A stretch of DNA of 64,000 nucleotides from Candidatus Moraniibacteriota bacterium (GCA_027008775.1 JALVDV010000006.1:13551-77550); one strand, 5' to 3'. Counted from the stretch's first letter, positions 37,530 through 46,954 are shown. The notes: generated from the sequence alone by a model not told the origin. Made by a program: numbers and translations.

Positions 37530-40094
37530 TTGGTAAAAATAAAAATAGATAGAAATGTAAAACGCTATCGGCGTTTGGTGACAAAAATAAATAAATTAGA
37601 GCCGGAAATACAGAAATTGAGTGATAGACAATTGCAAGTTAAGACAGCGGAATTTAAAAGGAGGTTGCAGAATGGGGAAACTTTGCAAGATATTCTGTTG
37701 GAAGTTTACGCAGTGGTGAGAGAAGCGGGAAAAAGAGTTTTAGGTTTGAGAGCTTATAATGTTCAACTTCAAGGGGCATTGGCGGTTTTTGAGGAGAAAA
37801 TCGTGGAAATGAAGACCGGAGAAGGAAAAACTCTAACCATTACTTTTCCGGCTTATTTAAAAGCTTTGTTGGGCCAAGGGGTTCACGTGGTAACGGCTAA
37901 TGATTATTTGGCTGAAAGGGATGCTTCGGAGATGGGAAAACTTTATAAATTTTTGGGTTTAACAGTTGATTATATTACCAGCAAAACCAGTCACTATGAC
38001 CGTCAAGTGGCCTATCGGGCGGACATTACCTATTTAACACCGAACGAGGTTGGTTTTGATTATCTGCGTGACAATATGCTATATGAAGCGAAAAATAGAA
38101 GGCAGAGAGGCTTGTTTTTCGCTATAGTTGACGAGGTGGACAGTGTTCTGATAGATGAGGCTCAAGTACCGTTGGTCATTTCCAATAACAAGGACCAGAA
38201 TAAGAATGCTAAGGAAATTTATTTAAAGCTGAAGCCGATTGTGGAGAGTTTGCAGAGGGATATTGATTACAAAGTGAATGAGAAAGAGCAGGTGGTGTCT
38301 TTAACGCCAATGGGGATTTCTAAAATAGAAAAGGCCCTGGGTGTGTCTAATTTATATGAAGGGGACATTGATTATATTTACTATATTACCAGACTTCTTA
38401 AGGCCTATGCTTTGTTTAAAAAAGACAGAGATTATATAGTTGATGAAGGTCAGGTTATCATTGTGGACGAATTTACCGGCAGGTTGATGTATAATCATCG
38501 CTACTACCAGGGGATTCATCAGGCAATTGAGGCAAAAGAGGGGTTGATGATTAGAGATGAAAACACCACTCTAGCCTCCATTACTTTTCAGTTGTTGTTT
38601 AAAAAATACAAAGGGTTGGCCGGTTTAACCGGAACGGCTCTGTCGGCTAAGAAAGAATTCAGAATGTTGTTTGGGAAGCAAGTGGTGGCTATTCCAACTA
38701 ACAAGCCGATTAGGCGAATTGACAAGGACGATAAATTTTTTGTGGCTTGGGAAGATAAAATGAATTATTTGGCTTGGACTACTCAGGAATATTATTTGAA
38801 AAACGGCGCTACTTTGATTGGGACAAGATCAGTTTTAAAATCAGAGGATGTTTATAAACATTTAATGAATGTCAATGTGCCGGCGCAAGTTTTGAATGCT
38901 AAGCATGCCAGGAGAGAGGCGGAAATAATCGCTCGGGCGGGACAACCACAAAGAGTGACTGTGGCTACTAATATGGCCGGTCGGGGGACGGATATAAAAT
39001 TGGCTGATGAGGTAAGAAAAGCCGGGGGATTAATGGTTTTGGGAACGGAAAGGTATAATGCTCGTCGGATTGATAACCAGCTGATAGGTCGGGCGGGAAG
39101 ACAGGGTGATCCGGGAATGAGCCAGTTTTTAATTTCAGCTGATGATGTTTTGATAAAAACTTATTTTCGGGAACAGTATTTGAAGGCAATAAGTAAACAT
39201 TCGGACACAGAAAAAGGGGTGGAAGACAAGAAGTTGACGAAAATTATCAATAAGGCACAGAAGAGGATGGAAGATAGCTTGTTTGAGCAAAGATTATTAA
39301 GTTATGAATTTGACAAAGTTTTAGATAAACAGAGAAACTCTTTTTACAAACAACGCAATAGGGTTTTGCAGGATGATAACTTGAAAGAGGAAACTTTACT
39401 TTTAATAGAAAAGGAGATTTATCATTTACTTTTGGCGAGATACACGGCGGCCAGTCAGGCTTTTGAAAAGACGCAAATCAGGAATGTAGTGGGGGAAATA
39501 AAGACATTGGTGGCCAATGAAAAGTTTAACGAAATTTTGGATGCTAAAGTGAATGCTTATTTGCAACGGGAGGGAATAACAGGATTGGGAATCAAGGAAG
39601 TAATAAAAGAGGCGGTCTTGGAATATTACAGTTTTTTGGAAGATGTTTTGACACCAGCTAAGATTCGTTTGACGGAAAAGACCGTAACTTTAAAAGTGCT
39701 TGATTTGTTGTGGGTAAGGCATTTACAACAAGTAACGGAAATGCAGGAGGCGGCTATGGTTTTGGCGATTACCAGAGGGGATTTTTTTACCGATTACGAA
39801 ATGAGGATGGACAAAGTTTATCGGCAGATGCTTTTATCGGTGCCGAGAATAGTAACTTTAACGTTTTTTAGAACTGTTAATAGATTGTTGGCTAATAAGT
39901 TTTCCGGCAAAACGGAGGTAAGAAATGATGCTCAGAGCGTTCAAGAAAGAGCGGAAAGTCCGTTTGTTGGACCAGGTGGTAAAGATTTTTCCGGGGGAGT
40001 GGATGTTAAGAATGTTAAGGAGTCGTTTGGGGAGACAAGTTTAGGAAGCCTGTTTGCCGGAAAGACTGGCGGTGGTTTAGGTGATTTTAAATAG
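37530..40094 (+). CDS. secA: preprotein translocase ATPase SecA
   Basis: DEAD-like motor domain (MKTGEGKTL, DEVDSVLIDEA), preprotein-binding domain, and TNMAGRGTDIKL. The 5' end is uncertain: the only in-frame start is TTG at 37530 with poor SD spacing. Confidence 0.9.
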   Translation: MVKIKIDRNVKRYRRLVTKINKLEPEIQKLSDRQLQVKTAEFKRRLQNGETLQDILLEVYAVVREAGKRVLGLRAYNVQLQGALAVFEEKIVEMKTGEGKTLTITFPAYLKALLGQGVHVVTANDYLAERDASEMGKLYKFLGLTVDYITSKTSHYDRQVAYRADITYLTPNEVGFDYLRDNMLYEAKNRRQRGLFFAIVDEVDSVLIDEAQVPLVISNNKDQNKNAKEIYLKLKPIVESLQRDIDYKVNEKEQVVSLTPMGISKIEKALGVSNLYEGDIDYIYYITRLLKAYALFKKDRDYIVDEGQVIIVDEFTGRLMYNHRYYQGIHQAIEAKEGLMIRDENTTLASITFQLLFKKYKGLAGLTGTALSAKKEFRMLFGKQVVAIPTNKPIRRIDKDDKFFVAWEDKMNYLAWTTQEYYLKNGATLIGTRSVLKSEDVYKHLMNVNVPAQVLNAKHARREAEIIARAGQPQRVTVATNMAGRGTDIKLADEVRKAGGLMVLGTERYNARRIDNQLIGRAGRQGDPGMSQFLISADDVLIKTYFREQYLKAISKHSDTEKGVEDKKLTKIINKAQKRMEDSLFEQRLLSYEFDKVLDKQRNSFYKQRNRVLQDDNLKEETLLLIEKEIYHLLLARYTAASQAFEKTQIRNVVGEIKTLVANEKFNEILDAKVNAYLQREGITGLGIKEVIKEAVLEYYSFLEDVLTPAKIRLTEKTVTLKVLDLLWVRHLQQVTEMQEAAMVLAITRGDFFTDYEMRMDKVYRQMLLSVPRIVTLTFFRTVNRLLANKFSGKTEVRNDAQSVQERAESPFVGPGGKDFSGGVDVKNVKESFGETSLGSLFAGKTGGGLGDFK

Positions 40095-40118
40095 AAGTAA
40101 ATTTTAAATAAGGAAAAA

Positions 40119-41384
40119 ATGAAAGCGAAAACCAGAAAAATTCTTGCCAGAATAGGGGCTGGTTTGTTGCTCGGTTTGAGTTTTTTGAATTTTGGTTCCG
40201 GCTGGATGCGACAAAATTTCAGAGTGATAGCCAGACGAGCGAAGAATATCAGAAAAGCCGTGAAGGAAAAACTTAGTCCGGAGGTGCAGGAAATAGCTGA
40301 CATTGCTGAGGAAGAAGCGTTGAAAGTGATTCAAAAAGAAGCTCAACAGCAACAAAAACAAGTGCAAGTACAGCAGACTGTCAGTCAAAGCCAAGTTATT
40401 CTGCGCTATGCTACGATTGCCGGTTGGGGGGTGGCAATGACAATATTTTTTACTTCTATGATTTTTAATCAGCCTTTCAGTTTGGGGAAAATGGCTTTGT
40501 CGTTGTTGCCGGGGAATCCGCACTTGGCTACCCTGTCTTTGCAAGCGGAAAAGACTGTTGTTACGGTGGGTGAACCGATTAAGGTTGACTTACGTTTGTC
40601 CAGTGGCGGAGATCCGGTGGATGCTTGGAAGGCGGTGGTAAACTTTAATCAAGCGGATTTAGATTTAATAAAAGTGACAGTTAATAAAGATAAATTTAAT
40701 CGTCAAGAAAAGATAGATGTCAGTGAAAAAGGAATAGTAACAGTAGTAGCCGGTAAAACGGGGGAACCGATTGTTTTGAAAAATGAGGTGGTGGCCAGCT
40801 TGTATTTTCTACCTAAAAAAATTACCAAAGCGACAGGACTGTCTTTGTTTCGGGAAAAATCTTTGGTTATCAAGGCCGGGGCGAAAAAGTCGGAGCGGTA
40901 TAATATTTTAGGCAAGGTGAGGGGGGTTAAATTGAAAATTGTTGCTAAGGCGGGAGATGCTTTGGAGTGTAAAAAATTTGAGCTGGTGCGTTCGCGGATG
41001 AATAGAGCTTATTGGGAGACCGTTCTTAATGAAAGTTCTCTGTTGCAGGGAGAAAAGAATAATTTTTGGAGAGATTTGGGCAATGATGTTTTTCTGCTTT
41101 GCGGATATTCCGATGATAACACGATTTATTTATTGCTGATGGCTCCCAGGGAGATAAATGATTTTTATTTAGTAAACAAACTATCCGGCAAAAAAATTGA
41201 TGCGCTAGTGACTGATACTTGGCAGAAAGATAATTTGTATTTTTATTCCTTATTGATTGATGCGGAAAAATTGGTGAAAGAAAAGGGAGAAAGATTTAAT
41301 AATTTGGTTGTTTACGGAGAATTGGAAGGGAAAACGGTGCGTTGGCCGGAACGTGGAAGTGGAGCTTTGCTATTGAAAAAATAA
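40119..41384 (+). CDS. hypothetical membrane-anchored secreted protein (421 aa)
   Basis: N-terminal TM helix, a Gln-rich linker and a second hydrophobic segment. It lies immediately upstream of the sortase. Confidence 0.4.
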   Translation: MKAKTRKILARIGAGLLLGLSFLNFGSGWMRQNFRVIARRAKNIRKAVKEKLSPEVQEIADIAEEEALKVIQKEAQQQQKQVQVQQTVSQSQVILRYATIAGWGVAMTIFFTSMIFNQPFSLGKMALSLLPGNPHLATLSLQAEKTVVTVGEPIKVDLRLSSGGDPVDAWKAVVNFNQADLDLIKVTVNKDKFNRQEKIDVSEKGIVTVVAGKTGEPIVLKNEVVASLYFLPKKITKATGLSLFREKSLVIKAGAKKSERYNILGKVRGVKLKIVAKAGDALECKKFELVRSRMNRAYWETVLNESSLLQGEKNNFWRDLGNDVFLLCGYSDDNTIYLLLMAPREINDFYLVNKLSGKKIDALVTDTWQKDNLYFYSLLIDAEKLVKEKGERFNNLVVYGELEGKTVRWPERGSGALLLKK

Positions 41385-41397
41385 TTTAAAAATTGGA

Positions 41398-42678
41398 ATG
41401 GGTGGAGCGGTAAATTATTATCAAGATTTTTATCATATTGAAGCGGAGAAATTTACATCGCCGGTTAAGGAGTCGCCGCTTTGGTTGTCTCTATTAAAAG
41501 CGACCGGTATATTTTTTCTGGTTACTTTCATTGTTTTCGGGATAACCAATTATCAATTTATTCAAGCGCAGATTGCCGATTGGCGTAACGGTCGGGGTTA
41601 TGTTGATTTAGTTAGAGATAGTGACGGTGACAGTTTGCCGGATTGGTGGGAGAAAAAATATGGCTTGAATGTTGCTGATAATAAAGATGCTTTAAATGAT
41701 AATGACCATGATGGCGCCAATAATTTATTGGAATTTCAGTTTAATGTTGATCCAAATAATCCGGATACCGACGGTGACGGATTTTCCGATGGGGAGGAAA
41801 TATCTCGCGGTTACAATCCGAATGGTGAAGGACGCTTGGATAGTGATGGCGATGGAATGTTTGATTGGTGGGAGATGCAAAATGGTTTGGATCGAAATGA
41901 TTTGAATGATGCTAAATTAGACAGTGATAATGATGGGCTAACTAATCTGGAGGAATTTAAATACAAAGCCGATCCTAACAATCCGGATACGGATGGAGAC
42001 GGTGTTAGTGATGGCCAAGAAGTAAAAGAAGGTTCTAATCCTCATGGTAAGGGGCCATTGCAGGTTTTTGATGTGACTAAAAATGATGCTGACGGCGACG
42101 GTTTGGATTTGGCTCACGAAAAATTGTTTGGCACCGATCCCAATAATCCGGACACTGATGGTGATGGTTTTTCTGACTACCGGGAAATTTCGCGAGGTTA
42201 TGATCCTACCGGGGGAAAGTTTTTACAAGCCACAATCAACATTCCGGCTATTGGGGTAAGCGCGCCGATTATTTGGTCGCATAATGTCAAAGAGAAAGAT
42301 ATTATGAATGATTTAGAGAAGGGTCTTGTGCACTTTGCCGGAACGCCGGTGCCGGGTTTCAGAGGAAATTGTTATATAACCGGTCATAGCAGTTACTACA
42401 CTTGGAGTAAAAGTTCTTTTAAGGATATTTTGAAAAATATAGATAAGTTAAAAGTTGGGGATGATATTATTTTCAAATACCATTTTAATAATGGTAAAAA
42501 TGTGGATATCGTTTACTCTGTTATTCAAGAAGGGAGGGTGGTTTTACCTAACGACTTGTCGCTGTTTGCCGACAGTGAAAATTATGACTTAACCTTGGCA
42601 ACTTGTTGGCCGGTGGGGACTAATTTGAAAAGGATGATGGTGAAGGCGCGCTTGAAAAGTCCTGTTTTTAAAGATTGA
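41398..42678 (+). CDS. sortase-domain protein fused to thrombospondin type-3 Ca-binding repeats
   Basis: The C-terminal sortase fold has the catalytic triad context ITGHS ... LTLATCWP ... KRMMVKARL. The N-terminus has a TM helix plus three tandem DPNNPDTDGDG[FV]SD repeats. Confidence 0.7.
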   Translation: MGGAVNYYQDFYHIEAEKFTSPVKESPLWLSLLKATGIFFLVTFIVFGITNYQFIQAQIADWRNGRGYVDLVRDSDGDSLPDWWEKKYGLNVADNKDALNDNDHDGANNLLEFQFNVDPNNPDTDGDGFSDGEEISRGYNPNGEGRLDSDGDGMFDWWEMQNGLDRNDLNDAKLDSDNDGLTNLEEFKYKADPNNPDTDGDGVSDGQEVKEGSNPHGKGPLQVFDVTKNDADGDGLDLAHEKLFGTDPNNPDTDGDGFSDYREISRGYDPTGGKFLQATINIPAIGVSAPIIWSHNVKEKDIMNDLEKGLVHFAGTPVPGFRGNCYITGHSSYYTWSKSSFKDILKNIDKLKVGDDIIFKYHFNNGKNVDIVYSVIQEGRVVLPNDLSLFADSENYDLTLATCWPVGTNLKRMMVKARLKSPVFKD

Positions 42679-42935
42679 TTTACGGTAGAGACTGTTGATT
42701 ATTAAAATGGCGACCGGAGAAAGCGGTCTGATACGGTTTGTTTGGGGCATTTTTGGAGTGATGAAGGGATGCGCTTTTAAAATACTGTTTGTTGTGCTAA
42801 ACTTTTTAGAGAGCAAACTTGCCTGAGGATTTTGTTTCTAACATTCAGAAAATTTGAGAAACAAAGGATTTAGGAGGACAACCCTGAATGAGTTGGAATT
42901 TTATTTAGTCTTTATTTAAAAAATAAAAACAGAAG

Positions 42936-43721
42936 ATGTCAGAATCAGATAAAATTATGTTTTCGGTGGTGATTCCCACCTACAACGAAGCCAGAAAGGA
43001 AAAAGATATGCGAGAACATCTGGCTAGCATTGAAAAATATTTTGAAAAACTTGGTCAGCCTTATGAAATTATAATTGTTCTGGATGGACCGACTGATGGA
43101 AAAACGCCGGAAATAGTGAAGGATATTGCTGAGACGAATCCGGCGATTAGGGTTATTGACAGAAAAAAGAATAGGGGAAAAGGGTACTCAATCAGGGAAG
43201 GTTTTATGAAAGCGCGAGGTGAGATTGTTTTGTTCACGGATATGGACGGAGCAACACCGATTAACACTTTGGATCGTTTTATTCCGGAATTTCAGAAGGG
43301 AGCCGATGTGGTAATTGGGGACAGAGATTTAAAGAATTCAAAAATAGCCGTTCATCAACCTAAGTGGAAGGAACTATTGGGTGATTTGGGAAATTTTTTG
43401 ATTCAATTAATTGGCGGTTTGTGGGGAATTAAAGACACCCAATGCGGTTTCAAAGCTTTTACCAGGCAAGCTGTCCAGGATATTATTCCGAGAACAACAG
43501 TGGATCGTTGGGGCTTGGATTTTGAGTTGTTGATTATAGCTAAGAAATTGGGATATAAAATCAAACAAGTGCCGGTGGAGTGGTATGATAAGGGAGAAAG
43601 TCTGGTTGGTATTAGTGGTTATTTTTCTACCTTGCTTGATTTATTGAAGGTGCGTTGGAATTTGTTGAGAGGTGTCTATAAAATAGGTAAGGGGCGTAAA
43701 GAGAAAAAAGACGAAAAGTAA
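42936..43721 (+). CDS. glycosyltransferase family 2 (dolichyl-phosphate mannose synthase-like)
   Basis: FSVVIPTYNEA ... IIIVLDGPTDG ... FTDMDG: GT2 DPM1-like motifs. Confidence 0.75.
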   Translation: MSESDKIMFSVVIPTYNEARKEKDMREHLASIEKYFEKLGQPYEIIIVLDGPTDGKTPEIVKDIAETNPAIRVIDRKKNRGKGYSIREGFMKARGEIVLFTDMDGATPINTLDRFIPEFQKGADVVIGDRDLKNSKIAVHQPKWKELLGDLGNFLIQLIGGLWGIKDTQCGFKAFTRQAVQDIIPRTTVDRWGLDFELLIIAKKLGYKIKQVPVEWYDKGESLVGISGYFSTLLDLLKVRWNLLRGVYKIGKGRKEKKDEK

Positions 43722-43777
43722 AATTGTCTGACAATAATTCGGGCTGATTGGTCGATTAAAAGTAAAAACAAAAATAA

Positions 43778-44800
43778 ATGGTAAAAATTAATAACAATAG
43801 CGAATTAAGGCATGATGTAGTAACCGGTGATTGGGTGGTGATAGCTAAAAAAAGAAGAGAGAGACCGAAAAGTCATCAAATGAATAAGCCGGCTTGGCCA
43901 AAAGAAGAGATCCCCGGTCCGGAGAGTTGTCCTTTCTGTCACCCGGAGAAAAGTGGGCAAGAAAAGGACGTTTTGATTTATGAGGATCAACAGGGCGAGT
44001 GGACAACCAGGGTTTTTCCCAATAAATATCCAGCTTTTAAACCTCTGAAGAACAATGAAAGAGTTAGACATCAACAAATTGGTCCTTATTTTTTGATGGA
44101 TGGGGTGGGTTACCACGAACTGATTGTAACTAGAGATCATTATAAACAAATGGCTGATCTGGATGAAATACAAATAGCAGAAGTTTTGGATGCTTATCAA
44201 TCAAGGTATTTGGATTTGATGAACAGAAAATTTGTTCGCTATATAGAAATTTTTCACAACTACGGGCGAGAGGCCGGCGGTTCTGTTTTTCATCCCCACT
44301 CCCAATTGATGGCTATTCCGGTTGTTTCTCCATATATTAATTTGGAATTAGAAGGAGCAGAAGGTTATGAAAGACAAACGGGAGATTGTATTTATTGCAC
44401 GGTCTTGGATTTTGAGTTGAAGGATAGGAGTAGGATTGTTTACGAAAATGAAAAGTTTGTGGCTTTCTGTCCTTTTGCTTCCAGGCGAGCTTATGAAGTC
44501 TGGGTAATGCCAAAGGAGCACAACCCTTATTTTGAACGGATGACCGATGAAGATAAAATGGCGGCAGCGGAAGTTTTGAAGCAGGCTTTGCGAAGAATAA
44601 AATTGTTGTTAAACGATGTGGCATATAATTTTTATTTACACACTTCACCCTGTGACGGTCGGGATTACCATTTCTTTCACTGGCATTTTGAAATTTTACC
44701 AAAAACTTCCACTTGGGCCGGGTTTGAATTATCTACCGGCATTGAGATTAATGCTGTTTCTCCGGAACAGGCGGCAGAGGAGTTGAGGGGGATTGCTTAG
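43778..44800 (+). CDS. galT: galactose-1-phosphate uridylyltransferase (HIT superfamily)
   Basis: Zn site CPFCHPE is present. The active site reads FHPHSQLMAIP (HxHxQ). A second half-domain follows. Confidence 0.8.
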   Translation: MVKINNNSELRHDVVTGDWVVIAKKRRERPKSHQMNKPAWPKEEIPGPESCPFCHPEKSGQEKDVLIYEDQQGEWTTRVFPNKYPAFKPLKNNERVRHQQIGPYFLMDGVGYHELIVTRDHYKQMADLDEIQIAEVLDAYQSRYLDLMNRKFVRYIEIFHNYGREAGGSVFHPHSQLMAIPVVSPYINLELEGAEGYERQTGDCIYCTVLDFELKDRSRIVYENEKFVAFCPFASRRAYEVWVMPKEHNPYFERMTDEDKMAAAEVLKQALRRIKLLLNDVAYNFYLHTSPCDGRDYHFFHWHFEILPKTSTWAGFELSTGIEINAVSPEQAAEELRGIA

Positions 44801-44927
44801 TTGTCACTTTGTTAAATCACTTTGTTGGAAAATTTGCTTAGAATTTTTTGTGGTAAAGAGTTGTGTTTACTTGACAAGGCGTTGGTTTTGCGTCAATATT
44901 TATGACAAAAGTAGAGAGGAGGAGAAA

Positions 44928-45026
44928 ATGAAAAAAACAACGTTTTTCTTCATTTTTTTATTTCCGTTTTTGTATTTTTTTTGGAAATTTTTCAGCTTTT
45001 GTTCTTCGCATCTCTGTTTACATTAA
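44928..45026 (+). CDS. Phe-rich 32-aa hydrophobic peptide
   Basis: The peptide is MKKTTFFFIFLFPFLYFFWKFFSFCSSHLCLH, preceded by a strong GAGGAGGAG SD 6 nt upstream. The track's long upstream start (44793) overlaps galT and lacks an SD. Confidence 0.4.
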   Translation: MKKTTFFFIFLFPFLYFFWKFFSFCSSHLCLH

Positions 45027-45051
45027 AGATTAAAGTTAGACGGACAGAGAG

Positions 45052-45080
45052 AGGCGGTTTTATTGAAGCCGCCTTTTTTA
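45052..45080 (+). terminator. rho-independent terminator after the Phe-rich small ORF
   Basis: aggcgg...ccgcct stem with an 11-nt loop, followed by tttttt. Confidence 0.4.
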
Positions 45081-45211
45081 ATAGGCAATTTTTGCTTGAC
45101 TCTTTTGTCTTATTGTGACAGACTGTATTATCAATAATTTTAATTTGTTTTGGTGGATTAATTAGGGTTATTGAAGTTGTTTGAAAAAATAATTTTGAAG
45201 GAGGTTTTACT

Positions 45212-45550
45212 ATGTTTTGTACTGTAACTCTTTTTTTGGTGAAGATGGCTGTTGTTTTGATTGTGGCTTTCTTTTATTTGAGTGCGGGGGAGATAATCAG
45301 GGACTTTTTATTAAGAGGTGGTTTTGTCACTATCCCTCGTAATGGTAGGGCTAGAGAAATTGCTACCTTAGCTCTTGAACTGACTTGGCCGGCTCATCTT
45401 GTTGTCGGTTGCTTGATTGTCCTCTTGTTGTTGGCTATTGCAGTTATTGCAATCGCCATGCTCTTTCTTGTTATTGTGGCGATTGCAGTTTGGAGAACAA
45501 TGATTTTGGTTCTCCAGACGTTTGAAATTTTAATAGGAAAATTTGTCTAA
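45212..45550 (+). CDS. hypothetical small polytopic membrane protein (112 aa)
   Basis: GAAGGAGG SD 7 nt upstream. Three hydrophobic helices. A strong terminator follows. Confidence 0.45.
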   Translation: MFCTVTLFLVKMAVVLIVAFFYLSAGEIIRDFLLRGGFVTIPRNGRAREIATLALELTWPAHLVVGCLIVLLLLAIAVIAIAMLFLVIVAIAVWRTMILVLQTFEILIGKFV

Positions 45551-45565
45551 ACATAGGCAAGTTTG

Positions 45566-45591
45566 AAGGGCCTTGCGGGGCCCTTTTTTTG
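45566..45591. terminator. rho-independent terminator (bidirectional)
   Basis: agggcc-ttgcgg-ggccc followed by ttttttt, with an A-rich stretch on the other side. Confidence 0.6.
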
Positions 45592-45611
45592 TAAAGGTGG
45601 TCAAGAGTTGG

Positions 45612-45881
45612 TTATTTTTTAAACAAAGTTTTAATCTCCCCGAGGAATATTTTGTAATTTAACAATAAGTGAAATATTACCAACACAGACATAATAAAAC
45701 CGAAGATGGTGTGAATGTTTTCCAACTGCCATTTGCTGAGGCCCAAAAAAGTCCAAGATGTTTCTCTGGCTATTCTTCCGGAAGGAGCGTGATGTAGTCC
45801 GATTCCGGTAAGAGTAACGATGATAAACATAATTAGCAGCAAAGAGGACAAAATGGCTCTGATTTTAATTATGCTTTTCAT
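45612..45881 (-). CDS. hypothetical 2-TM small membrane protein (89 aa, His-rich loop)
   Basis: ORF with two hydrophobic helices. It is the last gene of the minus-strand run. Confidence 0.35.
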   Translation of the reverse strand: MKSIIKIRAILSSLLLIMFIIVTLTGIGLHHAPSGRIARETSWTFLGLSKWQLENIHTIFGFIMSVLVIFHLLLNYKIFLGEIKTLFKK

Positions 45882-45970
45882 AGTTCTTTGTTAAATTTTT
45901 TGGAGTGAATTTATTAAAGCGTATTCCATTTATTAAATAATAGTTCCAGTGGTTCAACAATGTCTTCAAT

Positions 45971-46010
45971 TTTATTATATTCTATTATAGTTTATTATAT
46001 TCTATTATAG
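45971..46010. repeat. perfect tandem duplication (2 x 20 bp, tttattatattctattatag)
   Basis: Exact direct repeat. One copy overlaps the stop and the last 5 codons of ORF 45985..46341. Confidence 0.9.
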
Positions 46011-46341
46011 CATCAGAAATTCCTTTGGTAGTATCTTTAATTTTTGTTCCTTTTTTCATAATGGTAATTATTTTTTTATTTTGAGCAAAGGCAATACCTG
46101 CTTCAATAGCTCTGCCGGTTGGTTTGTGTGTCATATCTATCAAAAGGACATCAGATTTTGCAATTTCTGACTTGGCTTTTTCCATTAATTCTTTAGGATT
46201 ATCAAATATTTTTTGATAATTTTCAATATCTCTGATAAAACAAAAATCTTTAAAACCGCTTTTATTTACTAGAGAGCAAAGATGTTCTATTTCATTTTTG
46301 TTTTTACCTTCTTTATAAGAAGCAGTGATAAAAATTTTCAT
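45985..46341 (-). CDS. nucleoside 2-deoxyribosyltransferase-like / DNPH1-Rcl-like protein
   Basis: 118 aa. The MKIFITASY...VLLIDMT...GRAIEAGIAFAQNKKII pattern matches the PF05014-type Rossmann-like fold. Confidence 0.45.
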   Translation of the reverse strand: MKIFITASYKEGKNKNEIEHLCSLVNKSGFKDFCFIRDIENYQKIFDNPKELMEKAKSEIAKSDVLLIDMTHKPTGRAIEAGIAFAQNKKIITIMKKGTKIKDTTKGISDAIIEYNKL

Positions 46342-46353
46342 AATAAGAGGGGT

Positions 46354-46954
46354 TTAATGGTTAACAAAGGGGTTCTTCATATTAAATTTGATCAGAGGGG
46401 TGTGATTGTTAATTTTTTCTGTTGGAATTTTATATTTTTGGCTATGGATGAAGTCAATAGAATTAAATACCGCATTTTGCCAGTTTAGTCCCAATTTTTT
46501 GGCTACCTTTTTTACCTCATTTTCATTTTTTCCTTCTATTTCCAAAATTGGTTCTAAAAACGGCCAAATATCAATCATCAATTTTACTCCTTCTATTTCC
46601 CAGATCTCTCTTTTTGTTTCTTGAAATGATTTTTTGCGAGCACCGATTGTTTTCAAAAAAGTTGGGGCGTTTTCGTAACTGTTTACGATGAGTTCAACTT
46701 CCTTTTGGCTGTCAATTGATTTGTTGTTGCCGGTGATTTTTAAACTCATGGTTATCTTATCATTTTCGTCACGAACCCTTAACCAGGCCCCCTTTAACTT
46801 CTTGTCCTTCGGGCAGATAGAAGTTGGTTCTTTTCTGTTTGAACATTGGTTTTAACAACCTTCCTCCCAATTTTTTGATTTGTTTTCTGGTTTTATTAAT
46901 ATCAATATTACAAAAAGTTGCTTCGTATTCAGTATTTAAGTTGTTCAATTTCAT
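46354..46954 (-). CDS. CYTH-domain protein (CyaB/thiamine-triphosphatase-like), frameshifted in a homopolymer
   Basis: The upstream ORF reads TEYEATF...KQKRTNFYLPEGQEVKG. It continues in the +1 frame as AWLRVRDENDKITMSLKITG...EIWEIEGVKLMIDIWPFLEPILEIEG, a CYTH beta-barrel pattern. The frame switches in the C5 run at 46788-46792. Confidence 0.55.

Noticed and set aside
44793-45026. 77-aa version of the small ORF starting at 44793
   Set aside because: This start overlaps the 3' end of galT and has no SD. The internal ATG at 44928 has a strong GAGGAGGAG SD.
44928-45080. Phe-rich small ORF as a pheL-type transcription-attenuation leader
   Set aside because: The downstream gene is a small membrane protein, not a phenylalanine biosynthesis or transport gene. 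The attenuator reading is therefore not supported, and the element is reported only as a small hydrophobic peptide.
45971-46010. Possible CRISPR repeat
   Set aside because: There are only two adjacent copies with no spacers and no cas genes. It is a simple tandem duplication. No CRISPR array was found anywhere in the window.
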